Positions 26,166 through 40,375 are shown, counted from the first letter of the stretch. The stretch is 57,857 nt of DNA from Burkholderiales bacterium (GCA_035514595.1 DATKAX010000245.1:1-57857); one strand, 5' to 3'. The notes: generated by a model not told the origin, from the letters alone. Numbers and translations: made by a program.

Positions 26166-28004
26166 TCATTTCCAGGACGTGTTGCCGATCGCGAGCCTCG
26201 CGACGCGGCGCCGATGGCCGTAGAGAAGGTTCACCATGCCGCGCGAGACCACCACGGCCGAGAAAATCGAGGTGAGGATGCCCAGGCAGTGCACCACCGC
26301 GAACCCGCGCACCGGCCCATGGCCGAAGATCAGCAGCGCGAGGCCGGCGATCAGCGTGGTGATGTTCGAGTCGAGGATCGTGCCCCAGGCGCGCTCGTAG
26401 CCCGCCGCGATCGCGGCCTGGGGCGTCGCGCCGCCGCGCAGCTCCTCGCGGATGCGCTCGTTGATCAGCACGTTGGCGTCGATCGCCATGCCCAGCGTGA
26501 GCGCGATGGCCGCGATGCCCGGCAGCGTGAGGGTCGCCTGCAACAGCGAGAGCAGGGCGATGAGCAGCAGCAGGTTCGCGGCCAGCGCGATCGAGGAGAT
26601 CACGCCGAAGGCCGAGTAGTAGACCGACATGAACACGATGATCGCGACGAAGCCCCACTGGGTGGCGTTGAACCCCTTCTCGATGTTCTCCCGCCCTAGA
26701 CTGGGGCCGACGGTGCGTTCCTCTACGATCTCCATCGGCGCGGCGAGGGCGCCGGCGCGGATCAGGAGCGCGAGGTTGTTGGTCTCGGCAGGCGTGAAGG
26801 CGCCGGTGATCTGAAAGCGGTTGCCGAACTCGCCCTGGATGGTCGCCACCGAGATCGCCTCGCCCCGGCCTTTCTCGAACAGGATGATCGCCATCAGGCG
26901 CTTGAGATTCTCGCGGGTGGTGACCCGCATGGCGCGGCCGCCGGCCTGGTCGAGCTCGACCGCCACCGCCGGACGGTTGTCCTGGTCGAAGGTCGCCTGC
27001 GCGCCGATGAACTGGTCGCCGGTCACGATCACCTGCCGTTTTACCGGCACCTGCGCGACGCTGCCGTCGCGCCTGCGCTCCGGGAACACGTCGACCCCGA
27101 ACGTGGTGCCGCTGCGCATCGCGTCCTCGTCCACCAGCCGCACCTCCAGCGTCGCGGTGCGGCCGAGAATCTCCTTGGCGCGCGTCACGTCCTGCACCCC
27201 GGGGAGCTGGACCACGATGCGGTCGGCCCCCTGCTGCTGGATCACCGGCTCGGCCACGCCCAGCTCGTTGACGCGCTTGTGCAGCGTGCCGATGTTCTGC
27301 TGCAGCGCCGCCTCCTGCACGCGCGCATGCACCTCCGGGCGCAGCGTTCCCGTGAGCAGCAGCTCCTGCCCGGTGTCCCGCGCCTGCAGGGCGAGGTCGG
27401 GAAGGTTGGCGAGGATCGCCTCGCGCGCCTTCTCGCGCGCCTCGGCGTCGCGGAAGCGGATGTGCAGCGCCTGGCCTTCGCGGGTGATGCCGCCGTGGCG
27501 GATGTTGCGCTCGCGCAGGAGCAAGCGCGCATCCGCGGCGAGGTTCTCGACGCGCTTCTGGAGCGCCGCTTGCAGGTCGACCTGGAGCAGGAAATGCACG
27601 CCGCCGCGCAGATCGAGGCCGAGGTACATCGGCAGCGCGCGGATCGCGGTGAGCCAGTTGGGCGAGGCGGGCAGCAGGTTGAGCGCCACCGAGTAGGCGC
27701 CGGCCGCCGGATCGGGGTTGAGGGCGCGCTCGATCAGGTCCTTCGCCCGCAGCTGGGTGTCGGGATCGGCGAATCGCACCCGCACGCTCGTCGCATCGAG
27801 CACCGCGCCGGTGTACGGGATGGCCTCCTTTTCGAGGATCCGCTCGACGCGTGAGAGCAGCTGCGCGTCGACCTTTACCGTGACGCTGGCGCTCGAGACC
27901 TGTACCGCCGGCGACTCGCCGAAGAAGTTCGGCAGCGTGTAGAGGAAGGCGGCGACGATCGCCACCGCGATCAGCGCGTACTTCCAGACAGGAAAACGGT
28001 TCAC
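26166..28004 (-). CDS. secD: Protein translocase subunit SecD
   Basis: 612 aa, LGLDLRGGVHFLLQVD, large periplasmic domain, C-terminal 6 TM. Confidence 0.95.
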   Translation of the reverse strand: MNRFPVWKYALIAVAIVAAFLYTLPNFFGESPAVQVSSASVTVKVDAQLLSRVERILEKEAIPYTGAVLDATSVRVRFADPDTQLRAKDLIERALNPDPAAGAYSVALNLLPASPNWLTAIRALPMYLGLDLRGGVHFLLQVDLQAALQKRVENLAADARLLLRERNIRHGGITREGQALHIRFRDAEAREKAREAILANLPDLALQARDTGQELLLTGTLRPEVHARVQEAALQQNIGTLHKRVNELGVAEPVIQQQGADRIVVQLPGVQDVTRAKEILGRTATLEVRLVDEDAMRSGTTFGVDVFPERRRDGSVAQVPVKRQVIVTGDQFIGAQATFDQDNRPAVAVELDQAGGRAMRVTTRENLKRLMAIILFEKGRGEAISVATIQGEFGNRFQITGAFTPAETNNLALLIRAGALAAPMEIVEERTVGPSLGRENIEKGFNATQWGFVAIIVFMSVYYSAFGVISSIALAANLLLLIALLSLLQATLTLPGIAAIALTLGMAIDANVLINERIREELRGGATPQAAIAAGYERAWGTILDSNITTLIAGLALLIFGHGPVRGFAVVHCLGILTSIFSAVVVSRGMVNLLYGHRRRVARLAIGNTSWK

Positions 28005-28321
28005 TGCAGTGTCTTGATGGTTCCCTTGGGCAGGGAAACCTGGACCGCGGTCCTCTGCACCACGATCTCGGTGCTGGGGGCGATCTCGAGCGTGAGGTAC
28101 TGCTCGCCCAGCTTGGAGATCCGGCCGACCACGCCCCCCGCGGTGACCACCTCGTCGCCCTTCTGCAGCGCCTCGATCATGCGCTTCTGCTCCTTCGCCC
28201 GCTTCATCTGCGGCCGGATCATCAGGAAGTACAACAGCACGAACATCAGGATGATCGGCAGGAAGCCGATGAATCCCGGATCGCCGCCCGCCGCCTGGGC
28301 GTATGCAGGGGAAATGATCAC
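28001..28321 (-). CDS. yajC: Preprotein translocase subunit YajC
   Basis: 106 aa, single TM, FVLLYFLMIRPQMKRAKEQKRM...GDEVVTAGG. Confidence 0.92.
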   Translation of the reverse strand: MIISPAYAQAAGGDPGFIGFLPIILMFVLLYFLMIRPQMKRAKEQKRMIEALQKGDEVVTAGGVVGRISKLGEQYLTLEIAPSTEIVVQRTAVQVSLPKGTIKTLQ

Positions 28322-28349
28322 TGCCGACTCCGAAAGGGAACGGCGGGGA

Positions 28350-30449
<2,100 letters not shown>

Positions 30450-30468
30450 TTATAATTTCCGCCCTCGG

Positions 30469-30555
30469 GCCGGAATGGCGGAACCGGTAGACGCAGCGGA
30501 CTCAAAATCCGCCGGTGGCGACACCATGAGAGTTCGAGTCTCTCTTCCGGCACCA
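30469..30555 (+). tRNA. tRNA-Leu (anticodon CAA), CCA encoded
   Basis: Manual fold: acceptor GCCGGAA/TTCCGGC, anticodon stem GCGGA/TCCGC with loop CTCAAAA, long variable arm, T-arm GAGAG-TTCGAGT-CTCTC. TATAAT at 30451-30456 lies upstream. Confidence 0.92.
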
Positions 30556-30676
30556 GGCGAGCGTTGCCATGTGCGACGCCGGGATAAGGGAAAACGTCGA
30601 TCGGCGGCAGTCCTTGCTGGACAGGGCGCAGGGCCGGGCGTAGGCTCTCCCGGCATTGATTCGTCCCGGGGGGGGC

Positions 30677-31765
30677 ATGGGCAAGGCGCTGATCCAAGTG
30701 CTTCCTTCGGCGCGCAACACGGTGATGGTGGTCGACGACCAGTCGACCGGACGCGCCATTCTGGAGCAGGTGGTCCGCAGCCTCGACGAACGGGTCGCGG
30801 TCGAGGGCTTCGCGCGGCCGGTCGACGCCGTGGTCTGGGCCACGCGCCACATCTCCGACCTGGTGCTGGTCGACTACATGATGCCGGAGATGGACGGCAT
30901 CGAGTTCGTGAAGCGGCTGCGCGCGCTCCCCGGCTACGAGCACGTGCCGATCGTGATGGTGACCGTGCACGACGATCGCAAGGTGCGCTACGCCGCGCTC
31001 GACGCCGGGATTACCGATTTTCTCACCAAGCCGGTCGACGCCCGCGAGTGCCTTGCCCGCTGCCGCAACCTGCTCACGCTGCGCCGGCAGCAGCTCGCGC
31101 TGGAGGACCGCCGGCGGCTGCTCGAGCACATGGTCGAGGACGCGACCCGCGAAGTGCGCGAGCGCGAGAAGGAGACGCTGCTGCGCCTCGCCCGGGCGGG
31201 GGAGTTCCGCGACGAGGAGACCGGCTATCACCTGATCCGCATGTCGCGCTACTCGCGGCTCATCGCCAACGCCGTGGGCCTGGAGCGCGACGAGGCGGAA
31301 ACCGTGGAGCTGGCCGCTCCGCTCCACGACATCGGCAAGATCGGCATCCCGGACCAGATCCTGCTCAAGCCCGGCAGGCTCGACGAAGGCGAGTGGGGCG
31401 TGATGCGGCGCCATCCGGTCATCGGCCACGAGATCCTCAAGGGCAGCGCCTCCAAGTACGTGCGCATGGGGGCGCTGATCGCGCTCGGCCATCACGAGAA
31501 ATACGACGGCTCGGGCTATCCCAACGGCCTGGTCGGCGACCACATCCCGCTTTGCGCGCGCATCGTCGCCGTGGCCGATGTCTACGACGCGCTGACCTCG
31601 GTTCGCCCCTACAAGGCGGCGTGGAGCACCGAGCAGGCGCTCGAGTACGTGGTCTCGCAGGCCGGCCGGCATTTCGATCCGCGCCTGGTCGAGGCCTTTG
31701 CCGGCATGAAGAAGGAAGTGCTGCAGATCCAGAACGAGTGGCGCGACCCGCCGCACGCGCGCTGA
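30677..31765 (+). CDS. Two-component response regulator with HD-GYP (c-di-GMP phosphodiesterase) output, RpfG-like
   Basis: REC (VMVVDDQS...DYMMPEMDG...TKP) followed by HDIGKIGIP...HHEKYDGSGYPNGL. Start taken at ATG 30677; a TTG at 30656 is also possible. Confidence 0.85.
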   Translation: MGKALIQVLPSARNTVMVVDDQSTGRAILEQVVRSLDERVAVEGFARPVDAVVWATRHISDLVLVDYMMPEMDGIEFVKRLRALPGYEHVPIVMVTVHDDRKVRYAALDAGITDFLTKPVDARECLARCRNLLTLRRQQLALEDRRRLLEHMVEDATREVREREKETLLRLARAGEFRDEETGYHLIRMSRYSRLIANAVGLERDEAETVELAAPLHDIGKIGIPDQILLKPGRLDEGEWGVMRRHPVIGHEILKGSASKYVRMGALIALGHHEKYDGSGYPNGLVGDHIPLCARIVAVADVYDALTSVRPYKAAWSTEQALEYVVSQAGRHFDPRLVEAFAGMKKEVLQIQNEWRDPPHAR

Positions 31766-34281
31766 TGAGGGGCCTGAGAGACGCGATCGCCCGCATGCGC
31801 GCCACGCTGGCGGCGCGCCCGGATACGGAGCACGAGCAGGCGCTGGTGCGCATCGTCGTCGTCGCCCTGGTCTGCCTTTACCTCGTTCCCGGCGCGCTGA
31901 CAAACGAGGAAGAGCCGACGATCCGGCTGCTGCTCGCGTACCTCGGCGTGTCGGTGCTTCTTTTCATGCGCATCCTTGCCGCGCCCGGCGTCTCGGTCGT
32001 GCGGCGCGTCGCCGCTTGCCTGGGCGACGTCGCAGTGGTCACGTGGTGCATGATCTTCCTCGACGAGCGCGCGGCGCCGCTTTTCCTGGTCTACGTCTGG
32101 GTGACGCTGGCGAACGGCTTCCGATTCGGCCAGCGCTATCTCGTGGTTTCCCTCGCGCTCAGCGTCATCGGCTTCTCGCTGGTGCTCTGGCAAAGCCCGT
32201 TCTGGCGCAGCTACTCGGCCATCGGTTACGGGCTTCTGGTCGGCTTCGTCGCGCTGAGCCTGTACGTGCGCTCGCTGGTGACGAAGCTGTTCGACGCGCT
32301 GGCGCGCGCCGAGGCGGCGAACCAGGCCAAGCGCCGATTCATTTCCGTGGTCAGCCACGAGATGAGGACGCCGCTCAACGCCATCATCGGCATGGCGGAT
32401 CTGCTGCGCGACACCACGCTCAGCCGCGAGCAGGCCGACATGCTGCAGACGCTGCGAAGCTCCTCGCGCGTCATGCTCGGTTTGATCGACGATGTGCTCG
32501 ATTTCTCCAAGATCGAGGCCGGCAAGGTGGTGCTGGAGAAGGCCGACTTCGACCTGCACGCGCTGGTCAACAGCACCTGCCGCATCCTCGCCGCCCAGGC
32601 CGCCGCCAAGGGCGTCGAGTTCGTGGTGTCGATCATGCCGGAAGTGACGCCGACGTTGCGCGGCGATCCGCATTACCTGCGCCAGGTGCTCATCAACCTG
32701 GCGGGCAACGCGGTCAAGTTCACCGAGCACGGCAGCGTCACCTTGCACGTCACGGCGCAGTCGGAGACCGAGTCCGCCGTACGCCTCAAGTTCTCGATCC
32801 GCGATACCGGCATCGGCATTGCGCCCGAGGCGCAGGCGCACATTTTCGAGAGCTTTACCCAGGCCGACCAATCCACCGGCAGGCGCTTCGGCGGCACGGG
32901 CCTGGGGACCACGATCGCCAAGCAGCTGGTGGGCCTGATGGGGGGCAAGCTTGGGCTGGAGAGCGCGGTGGGCCTGGGCAGCACGTTCTGGTTCGAGGTC
33001 GAGTTCGAGAAACAGCCCGAGCGCGTGTCGGCCGGCACGGGCGAGCTCTCCGGCGCCCGCGTGCTGCTGGTGGGCTTCCCGGCAGCGCAGCGCGAGCCGG
33101 TAGAGCATGCCCTGCAGGGCTGGGGCGCGGCCCCCATCACGGTCGCCAGCGTCGACGAGGGCGCGGCGCGCCTGATCGCCGAGATCAGCCTCGCCAAGCC
33201 CTACCACAGCGTTCTCATCTATGCGACCGGTCAGGATCTGAAGCTTGCCCAGCGCTTCCGCCGCGCCGTGCCGGACCCGGCCCCGCCGACGGTGCTCGCG
33301 GTGCCGCGGAACGCCGATGTGCCGCGGTTCGAGGCGCTTTCCGCGGGCTTCGGCGCGGTCCTCGAGTTGCCGTTCGACAAGCGGCAGCTGTTCAACGTGC
33401 TGCACTCGGTCGCCGCGGGCGACGAGGTGCGCGAAGGGGTGGTGCGCCTGCGGGACTACGCGCGGGGCGGTGCCGCGGCGCGCAGGCTGCGCGTGCTGGT
33501 GGCGGACGACAACCCGACCAACCGCGAGGTGATCGGCAAGATCCTCGAGCGCGGCGGCCACGGCGTCACCCTCGCCAACGACGGCGAGCAGGCGCTCGAC
33601 GCGATGGAAGGCGAGCGCTTCGACATCGTGCTGCTCGACCGGAACATGCCCGGAATGGGGGGCATGGAGGCGCTGCAGGCGATCCGGCTGATGACGCGCG
33701 CGCGCGAGCGGCTTCCGGTGCTGATGCTCTCGGCCGATGTGACGCCGGAGGCGAAGCGCGAGGCGCTCGAGGCGGGGTTCGACGCGTTCCTTCCCAAGCC
33801 GATCGAGGCGCTGCGCCTGCTGGAGGAGGTTCAGGCGTTTTGCGCCGTCAGGCCCGAGGAGCCCCGGCGGGTGGAGATCGCGCAACCGGCGCGCGCGCCG
33901 CGCTCCGCGGCGGCGCCCGCCTCGGTGGTCAATCTCGAGACGCTCGGGCACCTCGAGGAGCTGGGCTCCTCGGTCGCATTCGTCGAGAAGCTCATCGGCG
34001 TGTTCCTCGCCGACGGCAGCGCGCTGCTTGCGCGCGTCGAGCAAGCGCTCGCCGGACGCAACTACGGCGAGTTCCGGTCGCTGCTGCATGCCATGAAAGG
34101 TTCCTCGGCGAGCATGGGCACCGACAAGCTGACCGAGCTGTGTGCAGCGCTCGGACGGCTCAGCGACGCCGAGCTGCGCCTGCAGGCGCCCGCGCTGTTG
34201 CGTTCGCTCAGCGACGAGCTCGCCGCGGCACGCGGCGAGCTCGAGCGCTACCTGCGAGACAGGCAGCAATCCACAGGCTGA
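31765..34281 (+). CDS. Hybrid sensor histidine kinase (5-TM input, HisKA, HATPase, pseudo-REC, REC, HPt), RpfC-like
   Basis: TGATG overlap with the upstream gene. H-box SHEMRTPLN, G-boxes DTGIGI/GGTGLG, receiver VLVADDNPTN...LLDRNMPGMGG, HPt HAMKGSSASMG; 838 aa. Confidence 0.85.
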   Translation: MRGLRDAIARMRATLAARPDTEHEQALVRIVVVALVCLYLVPGALTNEEEPTIRLLLAYLGVSVLLFMRILAAPGVSVVRRVAACLGDVAVVTWCMIFLDERAAPLFLVYVWVTLANGFRFGQRYLVVSLALSVIGFSLVLWQSPFWRSYSAIGYGLLVGFVALSLYVRSLVTKLFDALARAEAANQAKRRFISVVSHEMRTPLNAIIGMADLLRDTTLSREQADMLQTLRSSSRVMLGLIDDVLDFSKIEAGKVVLEKADFDLHALVNSTCRILAAQAAAKGVEFVVSIMPEVTPTLRGDPHYLRQVLINLAGNAVKFTEHGSVTLHVTAQSETESAVRLKFSIRDTGIGIAPEAQAHIFESFTQADQSTGRRFGGTGLGTTIAKQLVGLMGGKLGLESAVGLGSTFWFEVEFEKQPERVSAGTGELSGARVLLVGFPAAQREPVEHALQGWGAAPITVASVDEGAARLIAEISLAKPYHSVLIYATGQDLKLAQRFRRAVPDPAPPTVLAVPRNADVPRFEALSAGFGAVLELPFDKRQLFNVLHSVAAGDEVREGVVRLRDYARGGAAARRLRVLVADDNPTNREVIGKILERGGHGVTLANDGEQALDAMEGERFDIVLLDRNMPGMGGMEALQAIRLMTRARERLPVLMLSADVTPEAKREALEAGFDAFLPKPIEALRLLEEVQAFCAVRPEEPRRVEIAQPARAPRSAAAPASVVNLETLGHLEELGSSVAFVEKLIGVFLADGSALLARVEQALAGRNYGEFRSLLHAMKGSSASMGTDKLTELCAALGRLSDAELRLQAPALLRSLSDELAAARGELERYLRDRQQSTG

Positions 34282-34352
34282 CGCCGGTTCGGCACGCTAG
34301 AATTCGCGCACCGCGGCGCTGATGCCGCGCGTTTATCGCGGAGTCCAACAAG

Positions 34353-35024
34353 ATGTCGTTTTTCATCACCCTGATCGAGATGACCGATTCGGCCCGTCGT
34401 GGACTGGAAGAAATCCCCAAGATGCACACGATGATCCACCACGGGCTGGAGGTCGGGGAGTACAGGGCGTTTCTGCACGACCTGTATCACATCGTCTGGC
34501 ATTTCTGCCCGATCATGGCCGCTGCCGCGGCGCGCTGCGACGATCGCTACCGGGAAGTCCGCTACGAGCTCTACGAGCGCATCGAGGAGGAAAAAGGACA
34601 CGAAACATGGGTGCTTGAGGACATTCAGGCTGTGGGAGGCGATGTCGCCGGCGCCCGTACTCATCCACCGAGCGCCCCCGTGCAAGCCATGATCGCGTTC
34701 AATTATCACGGCGCCGAACGGGTTCACCCATGTTCCGTGCTCGGGATGCTCTATACCCTCGAGGTGGTCTCCTCCGTGTACGCCGGCCGGGTTTCCGAGT
34801 CGATCGCCCGCGCGATCGGGCGCGACGTCGACGGGCCGGGGTTCAAGTTTCTCTCGTCCCATGCCACCATGGACGTCGACCATCTCGCCAAGCTCAACGT
34901 GCTGGTTAAGAAGATCGAGGAGCCGGCGGCGCAGCAATTCATCATCAACTCCACGCGCGTCAACTTCTACCAGTTCGGCCTGATGTTCCGCGAGGGAGGA
35001 TTCAGTTCCCTCGTCGCCGACTGA
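34353..35024 (+). CDS. Heme-oxygenase-like di-iron oxidase/oxygenase (iron-containing redox enzyme family) candidate
   Basis: All-helical 223 aa. Ligand-like pattern E80-x2-H83 (EEEKGHETW), E137 (YTLEVV), H170-x3-D174-x2-H177 (SHATMDVDH). GGAG lies 9 nt upstream of the ATG. Confidence 0.65.
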   Translation: MSFFITLIEMTDSARRGLEEIPKMHTMIHHGLEVGEYRAFLHDLYHIVWHFCPIMAAAAARCDDRYREVRYELYERIEEEKGHETWVLEDIQAVGGDVAGARTHPPSAPVQAMIAFNYHGAERVHPCSVLGMLYTLEVVSSVYAGRVSESIARAIGRDVDGPGFKFLSSHATMDVDHLAKLNVLVKKIEEPAAQQFIINSTRVNFYQFGLMFREGGFSSLVAD

Positions 35025-35037
35025 AGGCGCAGGACGC

Positions 35038-35979
35038 TTATCCCGCCGCCGCCAGCCGCTCCTCCGCCAGCGCCTCCGCCGTCACGTCGCTGACGTCCCC
35101 CAGCTCCGTGCGGCGCATCTGGGCGCGCACGATGCGGCCCATCATCTTGAGGTCGCGATCCTGCAGCCGGAAGGCGGCATCGACCCACACCTCCGTGATG
35201 GCGTCGAGCTCTTCGCGGGTCACCGGGTTCACCAGCTTGCGCGCGCGGTACGCGGCCTGCATGCCGTTCCTGCGCCTCGCGTTTCTGGCGATCCATTCGC
35301 GCACCGCCGTCGGTCCCTCGCCGTCCTTTGCGAGCACGTCCACAACGCCCATCTCGTGCAGCTTGGCCGCCGGCAGGATCCTGCCCGAGAGAATCAGCTC
35401 CTCGGCCGCGCGCATGCCGATGCGGCGCGACAACAGGCTGTAGGCGCCCATTCCCGGGAACAGGTTGAACAGGATCTCGGGAAATCCAAGCTGCGCGCTT
35501 TCTTCGGCAACGATCACATCCGAGGCGAGGGCGCACTCGAAGCCGCCGCCGAGCGCGTCGCCTTGCACCAGCGCGATCTTGGTGAGCGTCGGGCTGAAAA
35601 AGTTCTGCGTGCGCGGATACATGTTGTCGATGCAGAGCCGGGCGTAATGCGCCAGCGCGTCGCGGTCGCGCGCCTTGATCAGCAGCACGAACAGCGCCAG
35701 GTCGCCACCGAGGTTGAACACGCGCGGCACGCGGGAGCCGGTCACGTAGTAGTTCACCTCGTGCGTGGTGCCTTCGATCTCGACGCGCCCGCGGTTGGCC
35801 GCCAGCCGCTGGTCATGCGCAAGGATGTCCTTCAGCAGCCCCAGGCTGTAGCAGGCCGTTCCGCGCGGGTTGAAATAGCCCCAGATCGTGCCGGTGGCCG
35901 GCTCGAACTCGGTTTCATACTGAGAATTGGCCTTGCCGTAAGGCAGGCATAGCCCGACTGCATCGCGCATGTTGCTCAT
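35038..35979 (-). CDS. rpfF: DSF-family signal synthase (RpfF-like crotonase)
   Basis: VFNLGGDLALF, ALVQGDALGGGFECAL, GFPEILFNLFPGMGAYS, EVWVDAAFRL..MMGRIVRAQMRR match blocks of Xanthomonas RpfF recalled from memory. Both catalytic Glu are present. ATG 35979 is preceded by GGGAGA. Confidence 0.85.
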   Translation of the reverse strand: MSNMRDAVGLCLPYGKANSQYETEFEPATGTIWGYFNPRGTACYSLGLLKDILAHDQRLAANRGRVEIEGTTHEVNYYVTGSRVPRVFNLGGDLALFVLLIKARDRDALAHYARLCIDNMYPRTQNFFSPTLTKIALVQGDALGGGFECALASDVIVAEESAQLGFPEILFNLFPGMGAYSLLSRRIGMRAAEELILSGRILPAAKLHEMGVVDVLAKDGEGPTAVREWIARNARRRNGMQAAYRARKLVNPVTREELDAITEVWVDAAFRLQDRDLKMMGRIVRAQMRRTELGDVSDVTAEALAEERLAAAG

Positions 35980-36169
35980 TGCGGTTCTCCCGATAAAGGA
36001 GCCCTTCGCGGGGCTCCAACGCCTAGGCCCGGCGTGGCAGGGAGCCAGCCGGTACCTCCCGCAATCATTAGACGCCCCCCTCCCTGAGATGTGCAATCAG
36101 GAGTTCCCCGATGGGGTATTGCCTTGTTGCCCGACCGCCACATCGGGTAAATTCAGCCGGCGGGGGCCT

Positions 36170-38326
<2,157 letters not shown>

Positions 38327-38330
<4 letters not shown>

Positions 38331-39649
38331 GCGGCTTCGGGCGCCGTCGCGTCGGGCCGCTTCTTGCGACGGCGGCGCCGGCGCTTGCGCGGTCCGGTGT
38401 CGGGCAGCAGCATCGCCTTGCGCGCCTCCGCGTCGGCGCCCTGGAACGCGCGCCACCAGGTCTCCAGCTCGGCTGGCACCTCGCCGCTCGCCGCGCGCAG
38501 CGCGAGAAAGTCGTACGCCATGCGAAAGCGCGGCGACTCGAGCAGGCGGTAGGCGCGGTTCCCCGAGCGTATCTCGAAGCGCGGCTGCATCGTCCAGACC
38601 TCGCGCATGGTGGCGATCAGCTTGCGGGTGATCGCGAGCTTGGCGGACTGCGTCTCGAGAATTTCGTCCATCGCGCTCTCGAGCGCGGCGATCGGCTTCT
38701 CACCGCGCGCCTGGCGAGCCTTCGAGGCCGCGAGCACCTCGTGCCAGAGCAGCGCCGCGAACAGGAACGCGGGCGAAACCGGGCGCTCGGCGAGCACGCG
38801 CTCGTCGGTCTGCGCGAGGGCGAGCGTCACGAAGCGCTCGCCGAGCGGCTGCTCGAGGATCACGTCGAGCAGCGGCAGCAGCCCCTCGTGCAGCCCGACT
38901 TCGCGCAACTGCCGGAGGCAGGCGCTCGCGTGGCCCGAGAGCAGCAGCTTCAGCATCTCGTCGAACAGCCGCGCAGGCGGCACGCGCTCGATCAGCGGCG
39001 CGAGCTCGCGGATCGGCTTGCGCGTCGCCGGGTCGATGGTGAGCGCGAGCTTCCCCGCGAGCCGCACCGCCCGCAGCATGCGCACCGGGTCCTCGCGGTA
39101 GCGCGTGTCCGGATCGCCGATCATTCGCAAGGTGCGCTTTTTCAGGTCGGTGAGGCCGCCGTGAAAATCAACCACCTCCTCGGTGGCGGGATCGAAGTAA
39201 AGCGCGTTGATCGTGAAGTCGCGCCGCCGGGCGTCCTCTTCCTGGCTGCCGAAGACATTGTCGCGCAGCACCCGCCCATGCTCGTCTTTCTCGGCGGTTT
39301 GCGGATCCGCCGTGCGGAACGTCGAGACTTCGACGGTATCGCCGCCCATCATGACGTGGACCAGGCGAAAGCGCCGTCCGATGATGAGCGCGCGCCGGAA
39401 CAGCGGCTTGATCTGCTCGGGGCGCGCGTCTGTCGCGACGTCGAAGTCCTTCGGTACGATGCCCAGCAGCAGGTCGCGCACGGCGCCGCCGACCACGTAG
39501 GCCGAAAAGCCCGCCTCGCGCAGCACCGCGCAAACCCTGGCCGCGGGCGCGGACAGCGCGTCGCGGGCGAGGCCGTGCTTGCCCTGCGCTACGCGAACCA
39601 TCCGATCGGAAGGCAGCCCGAGAACCCGCCGGATGAACCTCTTGATCAT
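38327..39649 (-). CDS. pcnB: Poly(A) polymerase I
   Basis: Start MIKRFIRRV; YVVGGAVRDLLLG..PKDFDVAT; basic C-terminal tail. Confidence 0.92.
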
Positions 39650-39663
39650 CAAGGGCCGGAATT

Positions 39664-40329
39664 CTACCGGCGCAGCGAGATCACCGCCCAGCCGCGGCGG
39701 GCCGCCTCGGCGCAGAGCTGCGGATCGGGATCCACGGCGACCGGTCGCGTTACCCTCTCGAGCAGGGGCAGGTCGTTGTGCGAGTCGCTGTAGAAGCTGC
39801 TTTCCTGGAACTCGTCGAGGTGGCGTCCGAGCCCCGACAGCCACTGTTCCAGGCGCCGCACCTTGCCGTCGCGGAAGCAGGGCGTCCCGGCAACACGGCC
39901 GGTGAAGCGTCCGTTGCGCGACTCGGGCTCGGTCGCGACAAGGTGCGCGACGCCGAATTCGCACGCGATCGGCGAGGTGACGAAGCTGTTGGTCGCGGTA
40001 ATGATCGCGCACAGGTCGCCGCGGGCGAGGTGCTCCCGGACCAGCGCGCGCGCCGCCGGAGAGATCATCGGCGCGATGCGGCTGCGCATGAAGTCGGCGT
40101 GCCACCGGGCGAGGTCCTCCGGCGAGTGCTCGGCGAGCGGCCGCAGCGCGAACCCGAGGTACTCGTGGATGTCGAGCGTGCCGGCGGCGTATTGCTCGTA
40201 GTACTCCCGGTTCTGGGCTTCGTAGCGCTCGCGGTCGAGCACGCCCCGGTCGACGAGGAACTGGCCCCATTCGAAGTCGCTGTCGCCGCGCAGCAGGGTG
40301 TTGTCGAGATCGAACAGAGCGAGGCGCAT
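39664..40329 (-). CDS. HAD-IB family hydrolase (SerB-like)
   Basis: MRLALFDLDNTLL motif I, later ITATNSF and SDSHNDLPLL. Confidence 0.8.
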   Translation of the reverse strand: MRLALFDLDNTLLRGDSDFEWGQFLVDRGVLDRERYEAQNREYYEQYAAGTLDIHEYLGFALRPLAEHSPEDLARWHADFMRSRIAPMISPAARALVREHLARGDLCAIITATNSFVTSPIACEFGVAHLVATEPESRNGRFTGRVAGTPCFRDGKVRRLEQWLSGLGRHLDEFQESSFYSDSHNDLPLLERVTRPVAVDPDPQLCAEAARRGWAVISLRR

Positions 40330-40375
40330 CGCGCGCCGCATTCTACCCGCTGCGCCACCGCGATCCCGGGACGGG

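Noticed and set aside
36035-36049. Sigma54 promoter TGGCAGGGAGCCAGC
   Set aside because: Only the GG-N10-GC spacing matches and the -12 region is poor. Such strings are frequent in GC-rich DNA. It is mentioned only as a hypothesis inside a finding.
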